Shown in pieces: positions 42,886 through 57,142 of a stretch of DNA of 64,000 nt. Source of the DNA: the human T2T-CHM13v2.0 reference genome, Homo sapiens; assembly GCF_009914755.1 (NCBI RefSeq), contig NC_060926.1. One strand, 5' to 3'. A program made the translations under genes and the position numbers. Below the pieces are notes generated by a model. The model was not told where the DNA came from. It ran no database searches and worked only from the letters and a program-made list of their open reading frames with translations. Every line of letters begins with the position of its first letter. The stretch's first letter is position 1.

Positions 42886-44763
42886 TTGCTGGGCCTGCCC
42901 TGCTTGTCATGCCTTTTGCTTTTCCTTGGCTTAGGCTGTCATAGTTAGAATTGGGTTTTCACTCTCCCAGCCCTGACAATGTGGCCCTGGCACAGGTAGG
43001 CACAATCCTGGCAGTGAGGTCAGAGGGTGGAGGCAGGGCCAGGCTCTTCACAGGGCAGGTCCCCCTCTCCTCTTGACAGCTTATGGCGCTGTCTTGGATC
43101 CTGAAGGTTTAAAACAAGCATTGGGACTGGGAAGCTCACCTCCTGGGCTGGGGCCCTCACAGCTGCCTGGGCAGTGAAGGCCCAGAGTCTTACTCTCCCT
43201 CCCTGCTCAGTTTTCCATCTGTGAAATGGGGTGGAGACCCAGCAGCAGCCTAATCCATTTTCCAGAAGGCTCAGGCACTGAAAACAGCAGATGTAGGTTT
43301 GAATCCTGGCTCTGCCATGTGACCCACAGAGTCCCGGGTCTTACTATTCCTAGAGTGGCAGTGAGCCCTGAACGAGCTGACATCTGAAAGAGCTTCGTGA
43401 CCTGTAGTGGGCTTCCCTCCATCGGGGTCCCTCTCACCCACTCTCAGAGCTCATGCTTGGAGGGCGCCTTGTGTCCTCACAGCCCATGGGGGGCTCTGGC
43501 CCCACCCAAGAAATGAGGACGCACCCAAAAAGCCCACGTGGCGCTCCTCGCTCGGCACATGCACGTCTGGGCACAGCGCCGTCTGAGGGCAGAACTTCTG
43601 GGCCAACCTGGTCAGGAAGACAGAGCCCAGAGTCGGGGTCCGTGTCCCCCTCTGCCTCCGTGACCCACACTGGCCCATCCCCTCCCTGGACTTGTTTTCC
43701 TCCTGGCTGCCATTATGATACCTTTTATGAGCCTCGTTAAGTCTTTAATGATGCCTGGTTGTGCAGCTGGCTTAAGGCTTAATCCCCAGCAATAGGTCTT
43801 ATTGGATAAATGGTTAATAATCACTCGTTTGCAGGTATTGGGAAGGCTTCACTGAGGCCTGTGATTCCTGGAAGCCCCACGTGGCCTGTGATGTGGTGAG
43901 AGTGTGACTTGGCTGGGGCAGCACTGCATGGGGTTGGGTTGCAATAAGACCGGGTATCCTCAGAGCACCACAGAAGTTGGGAAGGCCTGAGTTTGTAAAA
44001 GGGCCTTTCTTCTATGTCCTGGTAATGGGTGACTCCTGTCTGCTGCCGTGGGCCTGTCCCCATCTGGATCAAGGTGCAGGCAGGACCAGGCAGCCCCCCA
44101 GATCTCTTCAAATGTGTCTCCACCCACTCAAAGTTTTGCTTTCCTTTCTTGTGCCATGAACAAGCTGTGTGACCTTAGGCAGGTCTCCTGACCCCTCTGG
44201 GGCCTTGAGTTGCTCATCTACCAAATGGAGAGGTGGGAAGAGATGGCCATGAAGGTGCCAAGTGCCTGATTCTGGGAGCCCAGCATCCCAGACAGAGGCT
44301 TCTCTCTCTAGCTCTGGGGTGTGTCACTGAGGGCTGTGAATGGCAGGGACCAGCAGCCCAGCGGATTAAGTACTTAAACTGCTGGGCCAAGAATTGGGTC
44401 AGCTGTAGTCACAGGGCAGTGTATGCAAAGGGAATCCGCAGAGCCAGATTTGGCCCTGATTTTATAGCTGGGTTTGGAGTTTCTGCCAGCTCTGGGCAGG
44501 ACACAAAGTAGGCATTAAAAAACAAAGCCTGGCTGACGGGACTCTGGAAAAAGAAGTAGACTCCTTCAGGTGTAGAGCTGGCAAGAAGCCAGGAACTGTT
44601 CACAGGTGAAAAAGGATCCTTGGATTTTGTTCCCAGCCTGCCTGTGACTGGGGACCATGCCGTTCATCAGGATTTGGCTTTGACTTTACAGTTGCAATGG
44701 GATGAGGACCCATCTGCTTGAGGGACAAGCTGGTGTTGGGGCAGGGGAATCGAACATATCCAG

Positions 44764-45074
44764 TTTTTGTTTTTTTTTATTTTCAAGATGGAGTCTCGCT
44801 CTGTCGCCCAGACTGGAGTCCAGTGGCGTGATCTCGGCTCACCACAAGCTCCGCCTCCCGGGTTCACACCATTTTCTGCCTCAGTCTCCGGAGTAGCTGG
44901 GAATACAGGCGCCCACCACCATGCCCGCCTAATTTTTTTTGTATTTTTAGTAGTTTACCATATGAGAGGTTTCACCATGTTAGCCAGGATGGTCTCGATC
45001 TCCTGACCTCGTGATCCACCTGCCTCAGCATCCGAAAGCACTGGGATTACAGGTGTGAGCCACCAGGCCCAGCC
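44764..45074 (-). mobile_element. AluY-like
   Basis: caagctccgcctcccgggttcacaccatt / ttagccaggatggtctcgatctcctgacctcgtgatcc. Confidence 0.94.
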
Positions 45075-45681
45075 CAGACCCAGTTTTCAATCTCATCCCA
45101 TCCCTCACTCATTTCTAGGCTGTCTGGTCTTGGACCACCTACTCTCCCAAGCCTGAGATTCTTTAAGCTAGCATTAGCAACACCTGTTTTTCAGCATGAC
45201 TGTGTGGGTTGGAAGTGATATATGTATAGCACCTGGTAACCTGCTCACTTAGTGCCAATAATTATTCCGGGAGGTACTTAATGCTGTGGCACCTGTTGTA
45301 TTCTTTGTACTGCTGGAGTAAAATACTTCCTGCAGAGAGAGACCAGACTTACTGTGGATAACATGATTTGGGATGATTTTATCTGCAAATAAAATACAGA
45401 ATCCAAACAGAATCACATCAACCTTTAAACTCAGCGGCACTGCCCCCAAACTTTCAGCTTCAGGATTGGAATGGAAGTCTGACTGAGGGACAGTTTCCTA
45501 TGTTGCCCCAGAATATTCTCCCGTGGCTCCCACCTTATATACTCCACAGCCTCCCGAGTGCAAAGCACAGTCCCTGGCCTATGGCATGCACCCAGTATGC
45601 CACATGGATGTGCAAAGAAGGAATGGAATTTCTCTTTTCAAATATCTACGTGACCAGGCACCTGCTCTGCTTTTCTTTCAG

Positions 45682-45870
45682 ATCTTCCCAGACCCGTCAG
45701 ATTTTGACCGCTGCTGCAAACTGAAGGACCGTCTGCCCTCCATAGTGGTGGAACCCACAGAAGGGGAGGTGGAGAGCGGGGAGCTCCGGTGGCCCCCTGA
45801 GGAGTTCCTGGTCCAGGAGGATGAGCAAGATAACTGCGAAGAGACAGCGAAAGAAAATAAAGAGCAGTAG
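45682..45870 (+). CDS. LBH: LBH coding exon 3 (IFPDPSDFDRCCKLKDRLPSIVVEPTEGEVESGELRWPPEEFLVQEDEQDNCEETAKENKEQ*)
   Basis: Acceptor cttttctttcAG|ATC; phase 0 matches exon 2; TAG at 45868-45870; total 105 aa. Confidence 0.98.
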   Translation: MFPDPSDFDRCCKLKDRLPSIVVEPTEGEVESGELRWPPEEFLVQEDEQDNCEETAKENKEQ

Positions 45871-48277
45871 AGTCCCTGTGGACTCCCATGGGTCATACCA
45901 GCCAGCATCTGTTCCTGAACTGTGTTTTTCCCATCATGACGGAAGAAGAGAGTGAGCCGCAATTGTTCTGAAAATGTCAAACGAGGCTTCTGTTTTGCAC
46001 CTGCAGATCACCGAGTTGGTTTTCTTTTCTTTTCTTGCCTTTTTTTTTTTTTGAAATTTGCCGAGCAGTGGAGCCCTCTGACAATTTGCAAGGCCCTCTG
46101 AGAAAGGAAGCTGCTTAGAGCCAGGGGGTTAGTGGGTGAGGGGAGCGAGTGCTGTTTTTGAGATCATTATCTGAACTCAGGCAGCCTAGTAGAGGCAGTG
46201 GTGGGATTCCAATGGGTCTTGGTGGGTGGGAGGTGGGGCATGTGCAAAGCAAGCAAGGAACATTTGGGGTAAGAAAACAAACATGAGGCAAAAGAAAAAA
46301 TACATGTTTTTAAGAAAACATTGAGCAGAGAACTGCAGCCAGGATGCGCTCAGCAGACATTCACTCTGGCTGCTGGGACATCAGAAAACAAAGTCTTCAT
46401 CTCTCTCTCCAGTTTCACCCACCCCACCCTTTGCTTTCATTTCAGGTGTGTTGGTCTATATGACAGGGAGGAGAGTAAAGGAGAGCAGGAGCAATTGGCT
46501 GCCTGCAAAGCCAGCTGGAGGTGAAGTGCAGGAAAGGAAAGGTCACCCCATTCTACTCCATGGCCTCTCTGCTCCCAGCTGTGGTAGGCTCACATAGCCA
46601 GTGTGATCGGTTTTTAAGAGGCAGTGCTTTTCAGCTTTTCTCCCTGATATATCCATTTTGCTTCCCAGCACTTTTTAGGAGTAGTGAGAGCACTTCCTGC
46701 CCTTGTTGGAAGCCCCAGGGTGGACACTCAGCACGAAGGTCTCTCCCTTAACTGCTGCCCTTCCAAGACTTGCTCCCGAGATGGAGTGGGCGTGGTCTTC
46801 CAGGCTGGCCCTTCCTTCTCCTCACCGCCACCTTCCCTGCCCCAGCCCCAGCAGCCATGGGTACATGGGTCCCCAGCTCACCTATGGATTCCCGCCAGTC
46901 TGCCCAGCTGCAGTACTCACGCCCCATGGGGGATCTTGGTCTGTTTTTCTTGTGGGAGCCTAGTGGAGAGCAGACGTGGCTTTTTATGTGTCTTGTTGGG
47001 GAGGTGACTTGCATGGTGGGGACAAGGCTGTCGTGGCAACCTTGGGATCGAGTTTGAGACTAAAGGATGTCATGAGATCCCTGGCTTCTCCCCATGTTGT
47101 TCCCGGACAAGGGCAGAAGGGAGGCATGGCAAGGGACCTCTGCTGTCCTTACTCAACAGTGGTCCTCATCCCTCCCCACCTCCCACTGCTTCCTGCAAGG
47201 GCACCAGTTGTATGAGAAAGTTGGCCTTTGGACTTAGGATTTCTTATTGTAGCTAAGAGCCATCTGAAGCAGCAGGTTGCAGGACAAATGCTTCAGTCCG
47301 CCGAGAGCAGTACCGTGTGGCCAAGAGGTGGACTCAGAGCCTTCCTTGAGCTAAACTCGGCCAACCAAGGCACGCAGCATGTCCCCTCAGGTCTCCAGTC
47401 AGTCCAGGTTGACCCTCAGTTCTGGACGTGTGTATATAGCTGTATTTAATACCTCAAGGTCATTGTGGCTCTGGGGATGCCGGGGCAGGAGGACGAGGGT
47501 GCGCTGTGGACACAGCAGTCCGCGGAATTCCGTTCTGGGAAGCCAATGGTCGCCGGCACCCCTTGCTTCCTCCCTCTGTTGTCTGCCTGTGTGACACACA
47601 TCAATGGCAATAACTTCTTCCAACTCCTCGCAGAAGTGGGAGAGGCCGGCAGCCTGCACCGAGAGGGGCTTTCCTCTCTCTTGCTCCCCGCTTCGTTCTG
47701 TTTTGGCTGCAGAGAGTGGTTCATCCATACTCTCATTCCCTCGCCTCCCCTTGTGGACGGGGGTCTTGCCTTTTCAATTCCTGTGTTTTGGTGTCTTCCC
47801 TTATCTGCTACCCTGAATCACCTGTCCTGGTCTTGCTGTGTGATGGGAACATGCTTGTAAACTGCGTAACAAATCTACTTTGTGTATGTGTCTGTTTATG
47901 GGGGTGGTTTATTATTTTTGCTGGTCCCTAGACCACTTTGTATGACCGTTTGCAGTCTGAGCAGGCCAGGGGCTGACAGCTAATGTCAGGACCCTCAGCG
48001 GTGGAGCCTGCTGGGGGGACCCAGCTGCTCTTGGACAAGTGGCTGAGCTCCTATCTGGCCTCCTCTTTTTTTTTTTTTCAAGTAATTTGTGTGTATTTCT
48101 AACTGATTGTATTGAAAAAATTCCTAGTATTTCAGTAAAAATGCCTGTTGTGAGATGAACCTCCTGTAACTTCTATCTGTTCTTTTTTGAGGCTCAGGGA
48201 GAAACTAGCATTTTTTTTTTTCCAAACTACTTTTTGTCACTGTGACAGTTGTAAATAAAGTTTGAAAATGCTTTCCA
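45871..48277 (+). other. LBH: LBH 3'UTR (~2.4 kb)
   Basis: Runs from the stop codon to the first AATAAA I found downstream; no interspersed repeat recognised. Confidence 0.85.
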
Positions 48278-48300
48278 CTCTGGTCTGGTTTCCTTTTTCC
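48254..48300 (+). terminator. LBH: Polyadenylation signal AATAAA (48254-48259), likely cleavage at CA ~48277, GT/T-rich downstream element
   Basis: gtaAATAAAgtttgaaaatgctttcCA-ctctggtctggtttcctttttcc; several upstream TGTA motifs. Confidence 0.9.
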
Positions 48301-49382
48301 CTTCCTGTTCCGTTGGAATGGAGTGAGCTCAGGAGCAAGAAGAAGTCCTGCAGGAGGCTGAGCTGGGGGAGTCCCAAGAGAGGCTCCTTATGTAGCTCAC
48401 CTGATGGCTTGTCTGGGGAGAATTCACTGGGGAGATTTAACCCACAGCCAAGGTGTGAACTACCCTTCTAAAGGAAGAAAAACCCAAGACATATCTGAAG
48501 GTCATTCACAGGGGCTGGAGGGTGAGTGGGTGGGCATGTGGCAAGCTCAGGCTATCATGCAAAGCATTTACTGAGCACCTACTGCTTGGCAGGCATTAGT
48601 AAGAGGTCAAGGTCACAAATGGCAATGGCCCTGGTTCTCATGGCCCTGCCTTGGTGAAAAATTAAATGACGAATATGGTGAGTGCAAGGCAGGATCAAAC
48701 TGGGATGCCCTGAGTGTGAACATCAGTTGGGAGGGTCAGGAAGGTCTTTGGAAGCAGTGACAAGGAGAAGTTAGCCAGGCACTAGGTGGCAGGGAGCAGA
48801 GGGGAGTTGGGGGCATTGGAAAATGATTCCAACAGGGAGAACAGCTTGGCAAGGGCTTGGCGGGTGGAGTGGTAGAAGAGGAAAGCATGCAAGAGGGCTA
48901 CTCAGTCCTGGCTAGGAGTTTGGATTTTATTCTAAGGGAAGGACCTAGCATGGTCTGTTTCACATTTTAATACAACCTGGCTCAATGGAGATGGGATTGG
49001 AGGGGGCAAGATGAAAAACCTAGAGACCAGGAAGGAGGCTTTGTGGAGGTCAGAGTGAGAGAATGGTGGTTTGTAGAAGGGATTTGGGGGCATTTTTCTA
49101 ACCCAAGGCTATTTTTGCCTTCACCCAGCCCTCCTCCGGGTTCCTTAACCTTGGTAAGTGTAGAGAATCCAGTGGTTTGTGCTGAAGGTGTCTACCAGGA
49201 TTTACAGAATAATGACCCATTTTAACACTAGCCTTAGTGAAACAACTAGATCTATGGATCTGCTGCCCCAAGGATAACTGGCCGGACTTTACCCTCCTCA
49301 TATGGATTGCCCCTTTATTTTTCTCCAGCAGCCTGAAGAGGAATTTATTAGAATGCAGCCTCCTTGAACACACCCCTGCAGA

Positions 49383-50390
49383 AAACTGTCTTTATTTGCA
49401 GATGACATCATCTGTGTAGGAAATCCTATGAAATCTACACAAAAAAGCTACTAGAACTAATAAATGAGTTTAACATGGTTGCAGGATCAAAGCTCAATAT
49501 TCAAAATGACTGCATTTCTATATGTTGGTAACAACGACAAAAAAAACAAACACTGCATGTTCTCACTCATAAGTGGGAGTTGAACAAAGAACACATGGAC
49601 ACAGGGAGGGGAACATCACACACTGGGGCCTGTCGGGGGGTGGGGGGTAAGGGGAAGGAGAGCATTAGGACAAATACCTAATGCATGCAGGGCTTAAAAC
49701 CTAGATGACGGGTTGACAGGTGCAGCAAACCACCATGGCACATGTATACCTATGTAACAGACCTGCACATTCTGCACATGTATCCCAGAACTCAAAAAAA
49801 AAAAAAAAATAACAGAACCTTGACATTTAAAATGCAATTTACATTAACATAAAAAAATATAAACTATTTAGGAGTAACTCTGATGCAAAATATGCAAAAC
49901 CTCCAAAACAATGAAAACTGCAAAACACTGCTGAGAGAAATCGAAGAATCCCTACATCAATGAAAGCTCTACCATGTTCATGGATCTGAAGACTCAATGT
50001 TAAAATGTCAATTCTCTCCAAATTGATCTATAGACTCAACACAATCAAAACCTCAGCAAGCTGTTTTGTAGACATTGATGATCTAATTCTGAAACTCCTA
50101 TGGAAATGGAAAGAACCCAGACTAGCCAAAACAACTTTGAAAAAGGAAACTAAAGTTGGAGGACTCTCAGTTCTCAGTTTCAAAAACTTAATACAAAGCT
50201 ACAGTCATCAAAACAGTGTGGTGTTGGCATCAAGATTGACAAATAGATCAGTGGAACAGAATAGAGTCCAGAAATAGACCCACAGATGTGTGGTTAATAG
50301 ATTTTTGACAAAGGTGCCAAGGCAGCTCAGTGGAGGAAGGAAGTCTTTTCAACAAGTGGTACTGGAACAATTGGATATCCATAGGAAAAT
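49383..50390 (+). mobile_element. Old L1M ORF2 fragment, interrupted by a younger L1 3' end
   Basis: tttatttgcagatgacat...ctactagaactaataaatgagtt; ORF 50005-50277 (MSILSKLIYRLNTI...LILKLLWKWKEPRLAKTTLKK) is L1 ORF2-like. Confidence 0.88.
49545..49809 (+). mobile_element. L1PA 3' terminal fragment with poly-A
   Basis: gcatgttctcactcataagtgggagttgaac...acatgtatacctatgtaacagacctgcacattctgcacatgtatcccagaact plus A tail. Confidence 0.93.
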
Positions 50391-51529
50391 AGCCCCTGGT
50401 GATGAAAGATGAGTCTTCACTTCTGTCTCCCACTGCCTCCATGTGACTTTTAAACAAAATAATTATTTGTTTGGAAAAAAGTTTCGTTATTCTTTTTCAT
50501 GGTTAGCCAGTTGCTTCAATACCCTCCTGCTTCACCCCAAGTTGCCTCCTCTTCCCTGAAGGAGAAGGATTGGGTGACACCTGGCTGACTTTGCTGTGTT
50601 ATTCGAGCTGACTTGCATTCGAGTCCTGTGCAGCCCCTCCATAGGTGCTGTGGGGCCATTTTGTTAATGTCTAGGATCCTCAGTGTTCTTGTCTGTAAAA
50701 TGGATATAAGACTAATAACTCCCGCATAGGGGTGTGCAGATTGAGCACCCAGTAGGTGTTCCACAAGTCAGGATATTTTCTGTCTCTCTTTTGAGGGCCT
50801 AGTTGCTAAGGAACTAACTCTGCCTTCTCTCTGCTGCTTTTTGCTTTGGGTCCTTTGTGGACACCAGATACAAAGGTAGCTTCAAAGTGAAGACAAGATT
50901 CAACTCCTTCTGTCTGCCTCCTTTTCTTCATCACCTTGAGAGGGGAAAGGCAAGGAGAAGGGAACTGTAATGCCTCTGCCCACCAAAGATTGGAGAGGGA
51001 AGAGAGGGAGGTCTCTCATCAGAGAGGGTCTATACCTCTGCCTGACTCCTCTTTAAAGAGAGGATCCTTGGGCAGAAAACTCTTTGAAATGACAGTTGAG
51101 CTTTGACTAGACTGGGAAGAGATTCTAGGTGAGGAGACAGCAAGTGCAAAGGCCCTGGGGTAGAGATTGTCTCCATCTTTTTGAGGAATGTCTATGAAGC
51201 TAGTATGTCTGGAGTAGAGAAAAAGAGAAAGCTGAGAGCAAACACCACAGAGCAGTGCCTCATGGGTCCTCATGAAGGTGAGTTTCAGAATCACTGGTGC
51301 CCATTGTGAGAAGCCTTCAGGGAAGGACACAGGCTCACCAGGCATCCCAGCCCCTGAAATCCATTGGTCAGCCCATTTAAAGTTGCCCAACTGGTGGCCT
51401 ACGGCAATCGATGTTGAGGGACCTGAGGCACTGTCACATCCGGAAAGGACTTCTGGATCATCAGAGGAGGATTAGATTAGGTAGAATTCAGTCTGTACAT
51501 CTGTCCTTAAATTACTGAAGGGTGATTGT

Positions 51530-51760
51530 CGCTAAGAGCATTGGCTCCGAGATCAGACCCCTGGATCTGTAGCTGAGCCCTTCCTCTTACTAGTTGTGTG
51601 ACCTTGAGCAAGTTACTTTTCTTTTCTATGCCTCACTTTCCTCATTTGTACAACGAGTACCTAACTCATAGGGTTGTGGCGACACCTAAATGCATATTAC
51701 AAGTAACATGCTTGGAACTTTGCTAGACACATAATAAGTGCTCAAGAAATGTTAACCATT
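51530..51760 (+). mobile_element. MIR
   Basis: ttactagttgtgtgaccttgagcaagttac...gcctcactttcctcatttgta...taagtgctcaagaaatgtta. Confidence 0.8.
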
Positions 51761-51764
51761 GTGA

Positions 51765-52869
<1,105 letters not shown>

Positions 52870-53677
52870 GCCTTTATCATCACAACTGTGATAATGATGA
52901 TGATAGACTTTTCCCGCATGGCCTCAGAGAACAGGGATGAGGGAGTGAATGGAAGGGGTTGCAGTCAGGCTAAAGCCACCATCCAGCAGTTGGAGCCCAC
53001 AGCTTCCTAAGGATCAGTCTTCTCTTGGCGCCACTAGCTAGAGGTATCTCTCAGACGGAGGGAGCCATGACTGACCTAGGACTAGATAAATTTGAGGCTA
53101 TAGATCCCTTCTTCTAGAATTTCAAAAATTAGTGATTTGTGTGTGATATGATCATCAGTATAGTCTTGAATCAGAATATTCATTAGACTACTCCCTTCTC
53201 TCTGTTTACCTGGATAAAAGGTCCTACTTTGACATGCAATTCATTTGCAATATTTCCTTTGCCGTTTTCAGTCAGAAAACTGTGAATTCACACTTTTCTA
53301 TTATTGGCGGCTGCCAATTGCAGAGCACTGGTTTACCTCCATTTCTTCTAATTCTCATCACACTTCTTGCAAAGTGTGGGTTTTCGTATATATAATGAAA
53401 AGTATATTTAGCACAAAGTACATTTAGCAATGATGGAAATTATAAAAGATGGTGAAATTTAGGGACTTCATCTTTCAAATCCCATCATGGTAACATATCA
53501 GTTATTTGCATTTTGGTTTCCTTCCAGTCATTGTTCCCCCATACTTACCAGAATGGGCTCAATGAATATAAATTTTTCCTACAAAATGGACATTTTTAAT
53601 GTTACTTTACAGATGAGGAAGCTGAGGTCAGAGGACTTCAAAATATACTGACTTTGGAAAACAGTAGAATTAGAACA

Positions 53678-53860
53678 AATGGTGTGCTGGTAAATGTGTA
53701 ACAACCAGCCCTCTGAGATTTTAAAAAAAAAAAAAAAAAAAAAAGGCCCTGATTCATAGTGTTTGCCAATTTCCATGGTGTAAATGCTCCCACCATGGCT
53801 GATTTTGTGGGACTGGATGAGATGGGAGCCAGTGCAAGCCTGCAGCAGCACACCTCTGGA
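53678..53860. mobile_element. MER63-like hAT element
   Basis: tggtgtgctggtaaatgtgtaacaacc...gccctgatt...tttgccaatttccatggtgtaaatgctcccaccatggctgattt. Confidence 0.7.
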
Positions 53861-55268
53861 ATCCCTGATCCTCCACTTCTATGCTAGAAGAAAATGGGCT
53901 CAGCCTGCCTGAGCCTCAGTCTCCTTTTCAAGAAGATGGATATCACTCAAAACCAGGACAGTGCCTAATTCACAGGGACTCAATAAACTCTAGTGCCCGT
54001 CCTCCATTTGGAAAAGAGAAATCATTCTGGAAAGTTATCTGGCACAGTATTTTTCAAGCTAAATCATGACTCATTATGGGGTTGTGAAAGTAATCCATTT
54101 GTGGGCTGCAACCAGAATTTTTTAAAAAAGAAAGAAAACAAATAGAAAAGACGACAATAGAAGAGGAAAAATCAGAGTACAGCAGATATAGGAAGAATAA
54201 ATGTTATTCCCTGAATTTTTTTTGTTTCATCCCTACATGTGGATAAATGTGTGTACTTGGTCATGAAAAAAAATATTTTTCTTTCTGTGGGTCACAGTCA
54301 AAACAGTTTGAGAGCCACTGATCTGGGGAATCTGGCTTTCTAGAAAGCAGTACTTTTACTTAGTGGAGTCATGGCAGTGGGAGAGAGGCAACTAGAAAAA
54401 GTAGCTTAATACATCTCTCTGCAGAGGAAATGGGGCTGGCACACCCAAGGGTGGAGACTGTGTGGTCAGTGTGTAGGGGACAAGCCTGGGAAGGCCACTA
54501 TGTCCTTGGTCTCCTCCAAGGCCAGGATTAGGCTCTGGGTAGCCTTCAAATCGCTGCCGAGCCCTGGAGGAGGGAGGAACTGTGCATGGGGAAGGAGGCG
54601 GAAGCTACACAGGAAACCCTCACTGCATGTTTGTCACTGCTGGCACCCACTGCAGCAGCTAGCAGACAACCAACAATAGTGACATCAGGTAAAAAATAAC
54701 CCACGGGGTCCCAGCCCTACCGTGCAGGGGCAAGGGCATGCCGTCTAGAGGGCTGCAGTGTCACCAGGCTACAGCTGGGGTCATGCTGCCTGGCGCCATG
54801 CTGTGCCTTGATTTCCTGATTGCTAATTAGAGGGCACTTTTCCTGCCCAAGGTCACTTGGGCTGGCGCCAGCAATGGGGCCACTTGCCTGCAGAGTTTTT
54901 CCTCCCCCGATCTCTTGCACAAGGTGGTATTTAAAAAATCACTCATGCCAAGACCTTCAGGTCTGAATGCACCACCTCTCCCAGGGGGACTCTCATCTTA
55001 AAAGAAGGCCCCAGCAGTTCTTACCCAAAGGATTGTCCCAGGCAGGGCCTGTGCAGAAAGCCCCAGCAGCCTTACAAGCCTCTCCTTTGGCTACGGTAGG
55101 CTATGACCCCAGGCCCTGTGCTGACCCAAAAGCACTTCCCGCTGTTCTCCAAACCTTTCTCTCCAGACCAAAGACACAGGCTCCCCATGGTTCCCCAGCA
55201 CTGCCAGCTGGTACATGCTCCCACACACCAGTGAAGGGTGTGGAAGGCAGAGCTACATCAGATGTTAC

Positions 55269-55665
55269 CGTATTAGGCCATTCTTGCATTGCTGTAAAGA
55301 AATACCTGAGACTGGATAATTTATAAAGCAACGAAATTTTAATTGGCTCACGGTTCTGCAGGCTGTACAGGCATGGTGCTGATATCTGCTTGGCTTCTGT
55401 GGAGGCCTCAGGGAGCTTTCACTCTTGGCAGAAGGCAAAGCAGAAGCTTGCACGTCACGTGGTGAAAGAGAAGCGAGAGAAAGCAAGGGGATGGGAGAGG
55501 TGCCACACACTTAACCTGATCTTGCAGGAACTCACTCACTATGGCGAGGACAGCACCAAGCCATTAGGGATCCGCCCCTGTGACCTCCCACTAGGCCCCG
55601 CCTCCAACACTGGGGATTACATTTCAACATGGGATTTGGGCGGGGACAAATATCCAACTCTATCA
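55269..55665 (-). mobile_element. MST-family MaLR solo LTR
   Basis: gtattaggccattcttgcattgctgtaaagaaatacctgagactgg...acaaatatccaactctatca; near-TSD gttac/tttac. Confidence 0.9.
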
Positions 55666-55905
55666 TTTACTTGACTACAACAAAGCGTGTTGAGGATTAG
55701 CAGCCAGCTCTGACACATAGGAACTAGGGTCCCCTGTTTGCTTCTGACCTCACAGTTTGCTGGTTAATCATCTAGTTTCAGCCTGGTTCTCAACCTCCCT
55801 TGCCTATCCTAAGAGCACCCACGTCCCTCAAGAATGAACAATATTCACAAGGACTTTCCACTCGACAGTTTACAAAGCTCAGTTCTTATCTTCCATCCAC
55901 CTACA

Positions 55906-56402
55906 CAGCATTTCTTAACCTCGGGTTCCTAGAATTTAGGGGTGCATGTGACATTGGATGGGACAAAAATTACATCTATATTTTAGTTAATTACTAAGTG
56001 AAATTCAGCATTTCCTGTTTGTAGGAATGCAGGCAACAAACCGCAGTGGTGTCAGCAGCACCTGCAATTTGTCACGAATAAAAAATCACAAGTATTTTCA
56101 TTTTCACAGTACACTTGTTGCAGGTATCATGAAATATCATTTGTAGCCATGGCTACCTCAAAATTATAGCTGCTGCTGGATCTCATTAGGTAAAGCTTTA
56201 ATAAAGAAGGATATTTCTGACTTTTTCTTTTTTTTTTTACAAATGTGTTTCTAAAATTCTTTTTGATGGCTGTATGTCAGCAGACTTTATTTTCTTTGCA
56301 ACTCTCTGTATTTTATGTTATGCATTTAAAGCATTATTCTGAGAAGGGAATTAAAACTTCTTCAAGCTGCCAAAAAGATCCTCAGCCCAAAAAAGATTAA
56401 GA
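55906..56402. mobile_element. hAT-Charlie fossil (Charlie4a-like)
   Basis: cagcatttcttaacct...ggatgggacaaaaattacatct...gcattattctgagaaggg...aaaaagattaaga; subfamily from recall. Confidence 0.65.
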
Positions 56403-57142
56403 TTAAATTGCCCGAGGAGATGATGCTCCAGCCCCGAGTAGAGCTACAGTAGTGTGCAACCCCAAGGAAAATTCACTCTTACCCCTAAAGAGCTCAAAGC
56501 CAGATAGAAATATCCAGAAGCAAAGAAACACTGCACACTAGCCTAATGGGTGCTGTGAAGGCAGAGACTGTATGGGCAGATGGCATGACTGGGAAAGCCT
56601 GGGAGGGCTGGAGTAGGATCTGGAGGGCGGAGAAACAGGGGGCCACTGCCTCGTTTCAGACCCTTGGTGGATTCACAGCCAACCCCTGGCCAGAGAGGAG
56701 ACAGCCCATCCACCTACACCGACATGGGCTGCCCCGGAACAGCTTGTTGGCCCTGGGTGGGAGTAGCTTCCCCTAGGCCTGCTCCATTCCCTCCCCAGCA
56801 ATCCAAATGCCACCCACAGCCCTGGGCCTGGGAGCAGGGGGATGAACTGTCCCCATTTACCTTGGCCTAGAGGTTTCATGGGACACAGAAATTTGAGTGC
56901 TAAGAAGGGGGAAAGTCCCAGGGCAAACCGGTACAGGCTGTCCAAACTCCACCCCTTTCACCTAGGACTAATTCAACTGCCTGGAATTTGGGTCAAGTTA
57001 GTCCCATAGCACATTCTCTATCTGAGTTTCCATTTCTGTTCCCATCTGTCTCTCTCTGGCTGTCACTCTCTCACCTTCTACCCAATTTCTGCTTTAGCTC
57101 CCAAGCTTAGCAATGTCCTCAGCTCCTGTCTCCCAGTACTCT

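Noticed and set aside
45523-45681. N-terminal extension of the 115-aa ORF upstream of exon 3
   Set aside because: Intronic open frame running through the polypyrimidine tract and acceptor; GTG start; no support for a separate promoter.
47465-47860. 131-aa ORF in the LBH 3'UTR
   Set aside because: No recognisable homology, GTG start, downstream of the main stop; would need Ribo-seq or PhyloCSF support.
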